From: Halocafeteria seosinensis
Lineage: Eukaryota
Reading direction: 5' to 3'
Assembly: GCA_001687465.1 (NCBI GenBank)
Contig: LVLI01000190.1
Coordinates: 1 to 64,000, forward strand
Length of the DNA: 64,000 nucleotides
The notes under the pieces are model-generated. The model was given only the letters and a program-made list of their open reading frames with translations, had not been told where the DNA came from and searched no databases. This document shows positions 36,498 through 49,021 of the stretch, piece after piece. The position numbers and the translations under genes were made by a program. Positions within the stretch are counted from its first letter, which is position 1; the number at the start of each line of letters is the position of its first letter.

Positions 36498-39400
36498 CTA
36501 CAGTGAATCTAACGCCGAAGACTCGTGTCGCTTCGGTGCCCCGTTGGCCTGGTGCGATTGTGCCCGCATCATCTTCCGCTCCTTTTCCATTTCTTCGTCC
36601 GCCTCTCTAGCAGCTCGTTTTTGCTGATTGGCAGAATACTCAATATACCTGATTCCACTGCCTCCCGATAGAGCTGCCATCGACCCCTTTTGCCGTACTC
36701 CGCCCCCTATTCCTTGGGAGTTATGGCGGGGGGCATCTGTTCTCTCGCTAAGGTCTGCATTCGTTAAGACACTATAGAATGATCGTGCTCTCAGAACACC
36801 AAGGTCCGTACAGAGAACATACCGTTTTCAAGACCATCACAGTATTCGGCATATTGCTGTTGTTCTTTTCTCTCGTCGTTTTCTACATTGCCGGACGTCA
36901 ACACATCCTGAAGAATCTGAAGCCGTTCCTCCGGATCTACCATGAATGGACAACCTTCCTTCAGCTCAGCTTCAGTCTTGCGAATATGGGGAACGCTAGT
37001 TATCACTTTATATGCATACCCTTGATCAACAAGGTATCGGCGTCGTTTGTTGCTAAATTTTACCTCAATGGTATCCGTAGAGATTAACGTGTAGAAAAAT
37101 GCGTTGAAATCTGCAGACCATTCTCGGAGCAACAGACACAAGAGTACCGCAACAAATCCATTACTACACAAAAGCTGTACGTTCTTACGGCTTGATGACT
37201 TTTGTTGTCGACCACGGCGTAAGATTCTCCCCATTCGTTGGGCTTCTTGAAGACGGCTACCGTAGTGGCTACTAATCTGGATAATTACGTTGGCGTCGGG
37301 CACATCTAGAGCGACATCGCCAACTTTAGAGAGAAACAGTACGTTCACATCGTCCGAAGTCCGAAACGCATTTATGTAAGCCTGACGGTCCCCTTCAGCT
37401 GTTTCACCCGATATTACCGGAGCACCAAACTTCTTGGCATATAGTTTTAGGGCATACACGGATTCGGAGAATACAATAATTTTATCTCCCGCTGCAGAGA
37501 AAGATACATCAAATGCGTACCTTTGCTGGAATGACCAATTGGAAAACAGAAGCCAAACATTGTGTACGTACCTCTTTCGATATGATTTCGTAAGAGTCGA
37601 TGCATTGTATAGCACTTTATTGGATTCATAGTCGCGAGAACCTGGGACAAACAGAGTGGGGGAGAATGTAGCTATCCCGGCTTTTAACGTCAAGACTTGG
37701 CGTAAACATACCCTTTGAGTATCAACACTCTTGCTTCGAAGATATTCGTTATAATATTCGCGCGCCATTGGGCACCAAACTTCACATACTTGCACATTGG
37801 CTAAGTAGCCCGCTCGGGTTAAGTCCATCCAATTAGCTTCATAAAGCTTCGGTCCAATGAGATGACTCAAATCACGGTCCCGACCATCCTCTCGAACGAG
37901 TGTAGCTGTCAATCCTAGTCGGCAATGAGCGCGAAGCCTCAAAACGCGCCGAAACGTATCAGCCACCACTTGATGAGTTTCGTCCAAAATCATGAGCCCC
38001 CAATCTCTGCAAGCAATGCTGTATAACAACTCGCGAGTAGCCGCAGCCCGACGAGTTGTGCCTCCAATCATGCTATACGTAGTAAACACGACGCAAGCGA
38101 CATCTGGTTCGGGAAGAGCAGTCTTAACTTTGGCTGTTAAACGAATCAGATACGACGGGTTGATTGTGGAAAACTGTTTGAACTGTTCCACCCATTGATC
38201 CACAGAAGTTGTGTTTGGACATAAGACGAGAGCACTCTTCTTCATTGTGGACACAGCAGCGATACCTACAAGGGTCTTTCCAGCACCACAAGGTAGCACG
38301 ATCATACCACTACGCGCCCGTCCATTTCCAAACATTTTGGCTAAGCTCTTGGACTGGTAGGGCCTCAATGATTCAGGACGACGAAGCTCAATATCCAAAC
38401 TCGGACTAAATATGTCTCGGCGGAAATCATATTCGTGCATCACTGGGTATGGAGGGTCCATTGTTAAACACGCTTTCTTCACATCATCCACCCTTTCCGG
38501 ATCTATCTCGACGCGAAGGACTTTGGAATCACTATCTTTGACACCCAGTTGTACCTCTCGTCTTGCCTCTTCACGGGCCTGCTCATATTCTTGTCGAGCT
38601 GCATCATCCGTGAAGCCCCATTCCACACCAGGTTTCGAAAGAGAGTCGTCGGCATTGTCCCCTTCGTCATCCTCAACGATGAAATTGTCCGGATACCGAT
38701 TCTGCTGGCGCCGCTTTTCCCGCTGGTCCATTTCATATTTTTCTTCCTTGAGGTCCTCAAGTTCACCTTCTTCCACGTCATCCCCGTAGTCTTCATCGCT
38801 TGCATCAGCATCCTCTTCGTCGTCTTCGTTTTTCTCGTCGAACTCCGAATCACTATCTAAACCACCATCCTTAGACGAAGCCTTGTTTGGATTCTTTCTC
38901 GACGTTTTTACTTCAGGAAACTCCTCCTTAAAATGATTATCCTCACCGTCATCATCACCTTTATCTTGTTTTTCAGCCTCTCGAGTAGCCATCTCCGTAT
39001 CTATGTATTCCTCGTTACGCCGGTGCCGACGTTTGTGGCGTGATACTTTGGCTTCTTCTTCGTCCTCGGGAATGGTTGGATACTGCTCTTCCCACTGCGA
39101 TTTGGCAACTTCCAATTTGTCTTTTCGTCTATATCCCGAGTTTCTATGCTTGTAGGAATGTAGAGTTTGAGATAAGAATGATGTCCGGCTCCTCGAGATG
39201 CTGCCCCTAGTACTAAATGGGGAACTAGACATGCGGTCAAAGTTAATAACAACTCTACTGAGCGCATCATGCAAGATTTCTCGGGCCGAACGGATGTACG
39301 GTTGGCTTGAGTCATCCTTACCAACAAACCGTTGATTGCTGTCTAGACCCAGACGCCGCACGTCCAACGAAACCTCAGAATCACACCTACTTAGGAGCCT

Positions 39401-40489
39401 CTTGGTAAGATATTCAGCCTTAGAAACGAACCTCTCATGCTTAAGAATATAATTATCATCGGCGTGTGACCCGAAACGTGAGAATACAGACGGGGACAAC
39501 GAATCTACATGAGAATTCTCTTCATTGTCGTTTTCCGACGGCACCCGCTTCCCTCCTACTTCCTGATCATTTTCTTCCTCTTCCTGGACTTCTACATCGC
39601 TCTCGTTTTTCTCTTCATCACTATTCACTTCTCCCGTATCACGATCCAGAAAGTCCGTATTCGCCCGCTCAGTCATTTCACTTGACTTCTGCTTCAAACT
39701 TCCGTTCTGCAAGTGGCTGCTGTCAACTAACCCCTTCAAACCAAGGGATTCTTCTCGCTCTTGTAGTTCCTTCTTTACTATAAACCCTTCATTTGTATAC
39801 CCTGTTTCGACTGCCGCATTACCGCTGCTCTCCAATCGCTCCGCCTCTTCTCTTAATTCCTCCTCTGACCTGTGAACTCGCGATTTTGCAACCAATGGGT
39901 GCTTCGTCAAGAACCGCAGGACGGCCGGATAGCGGCTCTCTATATAGTACCTTCCACGCTCTAACACTAGCTTAACTTTCCCATAGCCCGCTGTACATGT
40001 TACTACGAAATCCTCCACGCGTTTGTCGACACGCACTTTGGACAGTTTATTTAATGCCTTCAAGATGATATCAGAGGTCAGTCCCATGGACGCCGCGGCG
40101 AATAAAGCATTCTTGTCCAATTTGTACTCATGAATGAATTCAGGACGAGACACTGGTTCACATATCGCTACTAAAAAGTCCCTCGCTTGTTCATAGAGGG
40201 GCGAAAACGCTTCCAATAATATTATTCCATCAGCTCGAACCCAAAATGGTCTGAGTTGATGATCCGATTTCAGGCCCAAATGGCGATAATCAAAAGCTAA
40301 CGGGTTCCCATTTTCATCCCGTGGACGTGTCTGTTGAATCGTCGAAGACTCGGAAAGCTCCATAAGTCGATGCACCAAGGCATCATCTTCCACCAAAGCA
40401 TTCTTGGACGCACTCTTCTTGGTTTTCTTCACAACTTTGGCAACCTGTTTGCCTCTTCCTCTTCCTCCACCACGCCCAGTCCGCGGCAT
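36498..40489 (-). CDS. ERCC3: TFIIH helicase XPB (Ssl2/Rad25), multi-exon, with a large acidic insertion; 3' end approximate
   Basis: LKSDHQLRPFWV..LEAFSPLY..EPVSRPEFIHEY; EYDFRRD; LRPYQSKSLAKMFGNGRARSG..LPCGAGKTLVG; LDETH; GLTATLVRED; SSHYGSRLQEAQRMGRILR; RRYLVDQGY. Confidence 0.96.
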
Positions 40490-41006
40490 TTTACCGTTCT
40501 ATACGAAAGAAGAAACTTATCCACATAACTAATTGCAGCTTTCGATTGACAACACTTCCAATTTCATTCAATTCGTACACTGGAAGTTCTTACAGTCTGC
40601 CCCGGGCCCGGCGTCCGGCCCGGGTCTTGAGGAATCGTTCAGAACTTCAGCACTTCTGGTCAAGAAGTTCTGACAAATCGTTTGTTGAAGCAGGAGACTG
40701 CTTCACCAAAAGAAGTTCAGGGTAGCCGGCTTAAATTTGTCAGGGTTACCCTGCTCGACCCTCCGTCGAATCTCGCGTGTTAGAAAAACCCGTCTCGAGC
40801 AACATATTCTGTGGCCTATCCTCGAACGAGCGGAAACGGCACTACGGTGTCTTGGGAAAATGCGTTATGCCTTGGACCTAGAGTTTAGCGTGAATTACAG
40901 ACATATTTTGAGAGAAACTGTGTTTTCATTTACTGCTGCAGCCAACACGTGCTCAAATGCACCGCAATTCTTTGAAAACAAGACTCATTCCTACTCTTTC
41001 AGGACT

Positions 41007-43261
41007 TTAATAACCACCTTGGTCACCAAACAGTTTCTGGATTTTGTCATTGTTGGGATTCTTCGGTCTGCAACGCGAAGTGGTGACATGGAAACTAGAA
41101 ATAAACTTATCTTTTGCGCCACAATCTACGTACCCTAGGATATCAGGTCGTTGCCTTTCCAATTCTTCCCATATCCACTTCGAAGTAAGCATATGCGCTG
41201 TTTGAGATGGATGACCACCCCCAATGGATTCGAACAAATTATATCCATGATAATCCGGCCCAAGAGATTCCCACCACTTTACGGTTGACTCATTAATCGG
41301 ATAAGGCAAGTACGTCAGATCAAACGAGGAAAAATTTTTGTTCGGTGGTCCATTGGGTTGAGTTTCTTTGATAATGTCGATGTACTGCTGGTTCTGCTTC
41401 TGCGCAAGGTTGGCAGTAAAGTTCCTCCACTTAGGATCAGGGTTCAGGTATCCCCAGCACGGGTTCTGAATGTCGACATGGCTTGTCAGTAGACGAATGC
41501 CCAAGAATGGTGAAGCACTATCAGGGTACTTACTGATCCTAAACAATTCAGGAATTCCCAAACCTTTGCATACGTTACGGGGGCCAAATCGGGATGCTGA
41601 CGATGTGCCATTGTGTCCCACATCATTAAACCATCAAGAACCTGGAGCAAATGGTAAGCCGATAATTTCGCAGCTTACAGCTTGAGTACTCACTAAGAGC
41701 AACGTACCCCGATAAAAACGACGTGACTTCCGCGAGGTAGCGTTCCGTTGTCCAAGTACCTCAGTGCCTCGAGGACTTTAAATTTAAATTGGGCGGGGCT
41801 GGTCATATGACTAGACCCTGGATGGGGGTTGCACACATCATTGCCCACGAGGGCATAGAAAACGACCATCGGCCTATCCGTCTTCTCATTTCTCGCTATG
41901 CCCTCGACTATTCCACTGTCATACTGCGCAACACTACGTGGACAGCTACCTATATAACATAGCCATAAAGCGGAGGGATGTGCATGTACGTACCATACTC
42001 GTTGTACGAGCTCCATTCACAGCAATGTTCTGAAAGTCGCGATGGTTGCATCGATTGCGCTGGCGGAATCGTTCATACACAGATATCATTGGCAAATGGC
42101 TGGCTTCGCAAGTAGACGTGTTTAGCGCTGTAGCATTTTCAGGTTCAAATCCTGTCACCCATGAACACTGCGGCCAATCGAGTTCGTTCAATGCCATATG
42201 TAGATAGGAATCAAGACTATTGAGCACCCTTGGTGTAGGTATGCCGAAATGGGCTCCAGCACTGTCTCCCAGGATTGCCACGCCTCGCGGAGAGGATTGT
42301 CCGCAAAGCTCGTCTTCATAGGGTTTACCGGAGCTCGGGTCGACGCCGTGAATTCCGTTACAATTGTTGTCAATTACAGTGCTCGAATCGGAGGCCCTCC
42401 CTGGATAGATCGTGGAATCTGCACGTGGGATCCAAACATATGAATATAAACCACTGGAGATTAAGCATGACGAGAAGCGTGTACCTGAATCATTACAATC
42501 CTTTCCTCTCCAGTCGCTCCCACGAAGATATGGCCAAGTCGAGTACCTGTCCCCATCTTCGTCAATCAGCGGCAAGTGCTCAGGTTTGGAGGGAGGCGAG
42601 GGTTTAAACGTGGACTGCACTTGTCGATTCTTCTGTGACATCTTCGGGGAAGACGGATTAGATGTTGGTTTGACATTCCACGCTTCCCAAAGCTTCTCCG
42701 AAAGCAGTACTTCCACGAGAAGCTTTTGCGTCGGGCTGAGTGATTCCCATGAGTTCGATTCTGTTTCAAAGTCTTTGAGAAGCACGGAGTAAGTGGAGTT
42801 GGGTGAATATAAATTGCAACTCGCGTTGGTGCAAATGCCAACATCTCGACAGATTTCATCTGGGGTTTCCTCATGGTCGTCTGCGGACGGGCGAATCCGC
42901 TTCAAGCCCTGGCAAACTGGAGAATTCCAGTGCGTGGAGCACGCCGTATTGACACCAGCTTGGAGAGCATTAATAGAAGCATAGCGTCTCTGGGTCAAAG
43001 GAGGGTCTGGTGGCAGAATGTGGGAATAATTCCTGTAAAGTCATTTAATCCAAAAACAGTGCTCGGAGGGTGTTGAAGTAGCTGACTTGGACCCTATATA
43101 AATACTTACAGCAAGAGTCCAAGGATTATTGTGCATCCTGCGCATACATTGCCACCTCCATCGGAGCTGACCTCTTGAGAAGGGGACGCATAAAGCGTCT
43201 GAGCGCTCAGAAACACGGCTAGAAGAGCGCTGGAGAGCGCGATCCACCCACTAGCAGCCAT
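41007..43261 (-). CDS. AOAH: Acyloxyacyl hydrolase (saposin-B + GDSL lipase) with signal peptide, multi-exon
   Basis: Signal peptide; CAGCTII saposin start; DGDRYST..LRGSDWRGKDCND; DNNCNGI; LGDSAGAHF; NELDWP; RNRCNHRDFQN; GNDVC; HPSQ. Confidence 0.94.
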
Positions 43262-43985
43262 GTGCAACTCAATAAGCAAATACACCTACGCGAAGTTGCA
43301 AAGAATAAGGAGAAAAACTACTGAGCACGGAGAAGAAATTCTGATACAAAAGCAATACTACTCCAATGCTTGCATCTAAACTTGGTATATTCTAGGTGAA
43401 CTGCATAATGCTTCATCGGGAGGACGCGGATCGGTACTTAAAGCTAGTGAGTTAAACGACGTTTGGCCAGGGTGAACCAGCTTTGTCGGAAAAGACCCAT
43501 GTTCAATACCGTAGTTAGCGGTGTTGAAGGTACTTGTACTATAGAACATAGCAAGGGCGTTATGAGCAGCTATAAGAGTAAGTGTATGTGATAAGTACTT
43601 GTAGTGTATGTCCGCACCCAGCTACATCGATAGTGATCAAGTGTGGAGTTCCACGAATAGTCTTATTGATAAAGCGTCTCGCGGAAACTTCTACCGCCAC
43701 TGGGTAATTTGTCTATCCAGTGACCAACCGTATGTCCTGCGGTAACCGACTTCCACGTCGAAGCGATTAGGAGAACTGCGCTTGATTTCCAATACCTGGT
43801 AGAATCTCCCATGCTGGTACACGACGTCCACGTCAGGAAATTTCGACCTTCTTTTAGCAACAGTAATTGTAGTGATAATTGTAAGCCATAAACGCTGCCA
43901 TCCAAAAGGGTCCTGCCTTCCAGAGCCCTGAAAACCCACAGAGTAGGCTTCACCGCCACGTGTGCGTTCGAGTAGAAGTCTAAAA

Positions 43986-44573
43986 CTAAAACCATCGGCA
44001 ACAGTCTAAGCAGTGTCCTATCCAGCATGGGAGCCAGCATGGGCAAAGAAGGAAAACCTACGTTGTCACAAGAAAAGCCAATCGGTAGGAGTTAGGGTGG
44101 ATAAGAATACTGTAGTTCCGGGACTGACTTACGATACAATGTAGTCCATGATTCGGAATATCCTGTCGTTGAGTAACCACCACGGTAGTGTGACTTTGCT
44201 GAGGTGGCGGCGATTGCATCCCTGGGTGCATTCCAGGTTGCATCCCGGGATGCTGCCCGTACCATCCAGGGTGTTGTTGTGGATGCACACCCGGCTGTTG
44301 GTGTTGCGGCGGCATACCTTGCTGTTGCTGATGTTGTTGGGGCATGGTCTGTGGAGCCGGGGCCACCTGAGCCTTAGAACCTTCATGTTTTTGGGTGTGG
44401 TACTGAGGCTGTTCTGACTGTTGCTGGTTCTGCCTCTGGTTGTAGCTATCTTCATAAGGAGGTGGCGGCTCTTGAACGGCACCAGAAGGAGGAAAATAAG
44501 GGCTTTCTTGATCTTGTGTTGGTGGATTTTCCGGGTCAGCTTTATCCTTGTCAGCCGTTTGGTAGGAGCTCAT
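43986..44573 (-). CDS. Pro/Gln-rich protein with Cys-rich C-terminal membrane module (CYSTM-like), copy 1
   Basis: PPPPY motif, PQ-rich body, NHGLHCI / intron / VFLLCPCWLPCWIGHCLDCCRWF-stop. Confidence 0.8.
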
Positions 44574-45029
44574 CTTCGCTGAAACTAGCACCTGGGATAT
44601 GTAGCTGCGAGAAAAGACCGGCAGTTGAGTCCTGGTCAGCGGCAGACACTCCGGAGACAGGCTGCCAATCTACCGGTATGTACCTCTTACGTCTAATCTG
44701 GGTCCAACAAGGGCAAGGGGTCACCCACGTTTCAATAAAACCCTCTTCATTTATCCATGTTCAATACAGTCAACACAATCAACTATTCCCTCCGTGTAAC
44801 TCTATGATCTGAATCCACCGTCCGGGCGGGGGCGCGCGTAAATTTGGTGATGCGGAGGCGGCTCTTCCTCTCAATGTATGATGTTATATTGTACTTATTG
44901 CATTTAATAACCACAAACTCTCATTTTTGTTATTTGGGGATACAAACGCCGACGACCTTTAATGGAACTTTGTTTCAAGAGTTTTTCAATGTACAAGCGA
45001 TTTCCAAATAGCGACGTTCTGTGCCCTAA

Positions 45030-45372
45030 GACGAGCAGGACCCGCTCGCGCAATATCGCAAGAAGCCGTTGCCATGGCTCGCGGAGAGTCAGAACGCGCT
45101 ACAGGAAACGATCGGACTCCCGGATGCGAACTACAAAGGCTACTGGAGCAAACCGAAGCTACAAAAACACCCGGGCAAGATGGTGCAGAGAGTAGCTACA
45201 CAACTCTGAAAGGGACGGTGAACCCACAACAGAAAGCGTTACTGACAGCATGCCAAGCGGACGGAGCAGCAGCATGGCTATACGCTGCACCAAGGAAAGG
45301 ATTTACACTAACCGACGCCGAGTACATGGTAGCACTGCGTCTACGCCTAGGGCTCCCCCACACTATACGGTA
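45030..45372 (+). mobile_element. CRE/SLACS-type non-LTR retrotransposon fragment (post-RT region), frameshifted
   Basis: KLQK.. then QKALLTACQADGAAAWLYAAP..LTDAEYMVALRLRLGLP, matching the AWL.A.P...ALRLRLG motif of CRE-clade elements. Confidence 0.8.
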
Positions 45373-45894
45373 TGGCACATTTATCTCAAGTATTTCAATT
45401 TTTGTTGCGTCTGAACGCTCTGACCGAGCGAAGAGACAAAGCGCGTGATATGGGCCTCACTGCACTTCGCCTTCATGGTTTTGACGGCTCCTATACACTC
45501 CTAGTATCAGTTAGTGGTCCGGTAGGAGCGATACTAATACACACACACACACGTGACGTGTGTGGTAGTTTAACATCATGTTCTCAACCCATGATAAGTA
45601 CGGTACTTCTCCGTTTGAACTAGAACCGACCACGGGCACATTTGAGAAATAACAAACAGTTTGGAACGGTATAATAAACAACAATATAGGTAGCTGGTAT
45701 AAACGGTAAACGGAGATTGGAGGATACAAACGAAAGAGTTTTATTGAGAGACGAATCATATTATACCCACGGGTATGGCAGTTCCGTTGAAACTGACTGA
45801 GAACCATCAGCTGTCTATAGCGTATCCCCTGATCTCCAGCACCAGGAGAGCGACTTGCATAATGTCAATTTGCATTGCCAGTTACGAATCCAGT

Positions 45895-46559
45895 TTAGAA
45901 CCAGCGGCAACAGTCTGAACAGTGGCCTATCCAGAATGGCAGCCAGCATGGGCAAAGAAGGCACACCTGTAGCGGAAAGACAAAATCCGTTAGATAGGTA
46001 GGAGTTATTCCACTGTTTTATGGGAGAGAAGAAGACTATCTTGACGTTGACTTACGATACAATGCAATCCATGATTCGGAATATCTTGTCGCTTTTCGAC
46101 CACCACGGTAGTTTGACCCTGCTGGGGCGGTGGCTGTTGCATCCCTGGCTGCATTCCAGGTTGCTGCTGTGGGGGATACATGCCAGGCTGCTGCTGTGGG
46201 GGATACATGCCAGGCTGCTGCTGTTGAGGATACATGCCGGGCTGCTGCTGCGGGGGATACATGCCAGGCTGCTGCTGCGAGGGATACATACCAGGCTGCT
46301 GCTGGTACTGCGGCGGCATACCTCCATGTTGAGGATGTTGTTGCGGCATGCTTCCTGGAGAATTTGGGGGCGGGGATACCTGACCTTGAGAACCTTCACT
46401 TTTTTGGGTGTGCTCTGACCGCTGGTTGTACCCATCTTCATACGCAGGCGGCGGCTCCTCAACGGGGGCAGGAGCAGTCAAATACGGGTTTTCCTGTTCT
46501 TGCGTTCGCGGATTTTCCGGGTCAGCTTTTTCCTTGTCGGCAGTTTGGTAGTAGCTCAT
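45895..46559 (-). CDS. Pro/Gln-rich CYSTM-like protein, copy 2, with 27-bp QQQPGMYPP repeats
   Basis: Paralog of 43986-44573 with the same intron position; ends VCLLCPCWLPFWIGHCSDCCRWF-stop. Confidence 0.8.
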
Positions 46560-47777
46560 CGTTGCGAAATATTATGACTTGTAGCCGCGAGAACAGATGA
46601 TATCCACTATCGCTGAGTCCGTCTCACCTGGGACCATCCAGGGCTTTCTAAGTCTCAGTAAAGAAATGCACTCCCGTAGATTCACTCATAGTTGTGAACA
46701 ATCAACCCCTTACCCTGTATCGAACTGAAAGAATTCCTGCTTTGACTTCCATTGAAGCACTCCTGCTGGTGAGTCAAGACGTCGCACAGAGCCCCCGTGG
46801 TCCAAGCTTCTTCCTCGACAAGGTTCTATGTTCCTTATTCCACAGTCATGAACACTCACTTGGGGATCGAACCACTTTGTATTCTATACAGGTCTTCGTT
46901 CAGTACAACCACTGTGGTGCACTGCCGCTGCTGTGCGCTTCCACGGAACGCCCCGGCAATCATCTCCGTATCGCAGCTTACGAGCACCACCAGCATTGCT
47001 GTACACCCTAGCTCGCCGCACTTAACGAAATGATCTCACAGTTTCATTCTTTGTACCTCAGTGTTTGCTGTGCGAGAATGCGTCGGATGGGCCGGAGCAA
47101 CCACTGCATGTCCTCTCAGTCAAAGCGCCTTTTGCTTGAAAATTAAGTCCGAATACGACTCTGAGTGGTTCTGCATAGCAATCACTTAATTCTCACTTTG
47201 GGCGATAGATTCTCAAAAAGACTAAGCGTTTTGAGTGAGTCCAGTTTCCACTTCGCTGTCGATGAGACAAGAGAGAGAAGGACATTACCGTGCGAGGGAA
47301 TCACAACTCAGTACGTGTATAGTTCCAACAAACGGTTGACGGTGCCAAGGTTTTTGCAACCTCCTAGGAATCACCTCACTGTGGTGGAGGGATTGGCCAG
47401 GGCTCTCAGTGTAGACGAGAGCCTCCGCTTCCTAGACAGCTCAATGGTTTCAAAAGGTACGCCATCTGGGTGGATCAAGTAAATTACACGACGTACTTAG
47501 TACAAAATCCCCGAACAGCTATTGCGAGGATTCCCCATTAAAGGCGACTAATGTGTGCCAATGCAGGGCGCGTGGGACAAGGAGGGTCCTGTCCCATGGT
47601 GGGACAGGCACGGTTCTTGAAAAGTTGGCTGGGACACGAGATGAGATACATCAGTGCTACAGTCTAATAAGTACCAATATACGATACTATACACTATCTA
47701 CGAAACTTCTATTGATATTTGGCGTACACTTCTACTCTACCGCCCTACAGCCCTGTATATCACCCGCCAATGTGAAA

Positions 47778-48203
47778 CCTGTAGCAATCTCAACCAGACG
47801 GAACACGGCTCGTAGACCCGCGAAACGGAGGAGAGGCGAGGCCAGTAATGGACCTGTATCTGGTAGCAAAGGGCCCAACAAGCACACTGTACGTCGATGT
47901 GACAGTGCCAAACCCGCTCACGGGAGACAGACTAACGAGAACACGGGGAAGATCCCTCACTATCGCAGTAGAAGCGGAGAAGATGAAGCGGACAAAATAC
48001 GGGCACCTAAGGGACCACCACACGGGAATTATCCCGTTCGCGATAGGGACGACGGCCGGCTTCGGGGCGTTAAAGACCTTAGTTCCTCAAGAGAATTGCC
48101 AGGAAAGCACCGGGGAACAAGGGGGATGCGGAACTTCCGCAAGCTGATGACAGCCAAACTGTCAGTCACGTGGATGCGCAGCGCATCATGCGCTACAACG
48201 TGA
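47778..48203 (+). mobile_element. Restriction-like endonuclease C-terminus of a CRE-type non-LTR retrotransposon, frameshifted
   Basis: DLYLV..LYVDVTVPNPL..AVEAEKMKRTKY..IIPFAIGTTAGFG, then in a shifted frame LSVTWMRSAS. Confidence 0.8.
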
Positions 48204-48497
48204 AGATGTTGGACCGGTTCCGCGTAGAGTTCACCCCTCACACAACGTAGCGTAGCCTGTAGCAGACACGTCTTCCGGTAGGACCAATACCAATACACAC
48301 TGGTCACTGACATTGTGCAGAAAACGCGGATAGCTTTAAAGGAACGAAGAAGTACGGTAGAACTTTAGGCGAACCAGTTGTTGAAAGATATTCACATAAA
48401 CAACGATGAAACTTCGGCTTTTCTGGGCTTTGTCGATGCTCTTTTGACCATCGATGAACCACCGTAAATACGTCAGAACCTGAGAGAATCGAAGTCG

Positions 48498-48626
48498 CTA
48501 GGAGGAACTGCAAGTCTATGGCAATTGCACAACGTCTAATAATAATTGTATGGCTATTTCTGTGCCCTAGGAGGAAATGTAAGGCTATGGCAATTGCAAA
48601 ACGTCTATTATGGCTATTTCTGTGCC
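48498..48626. repeat. Imperfect two-copy tandem repeat (69 and 60 bp)
   Basis: CTAGGAGGAA..CTATGGCAATTGCA.AACGTCTA..TATGGCTATTTCTGTGCC occurs twice. Confidence 0.85.
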
Positions 48627-49021
48627 ATCTTGATGGCGGTGGAGCACTTGAGGCGCAACAATTGGCTCCCCTCCTAAAAGCGCATGGGAATTCACAGCTT
48701 TTGTGGGACCTACCCTGAGATTGGGATGCCGGAAAACCCGTCCCACCCCAGCCAATCTGTGTGGTATCGAGGAAGTCGCAAGGTGTGGTCGCAAGTGAGT
48801 GGAAGTTTAGATGGCGCCAGGTGCACACAGTTAAGAGAAGCAGTTGTGTATCGGTTAGTGATGGTATTTCCTTCTTGTACAGCGTCTGGAGATACCGATA
48901 ATCCTGTATAGAACGCTTAATGTGTGACGTTCTTCAATCTGTCGGCTGGGGGATTGGAGGTACTTGCTTAACGGGTCGCTGGCTATCTACGCGTTAGTCA
49001 CCGTAAAGAAGGAGGGTCCGG

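Noticed and set aside
40583..40718. Heat-shock elements
   Set aside because: Spacing is GAAnTTC rather than the canonical GAAnnTTC.
43663..43985. Short ORFs downstream of CYSTM-like copy 1
   Set aside because: No ATG-supported model or known motif; probably UTR or intergenic.
46690..47480. Degenerate minus-strand tyrosine-recombinase or gag relic
   Set aside because: Many stops and no clear catalytic motif by eye; needs a translated HMM search.
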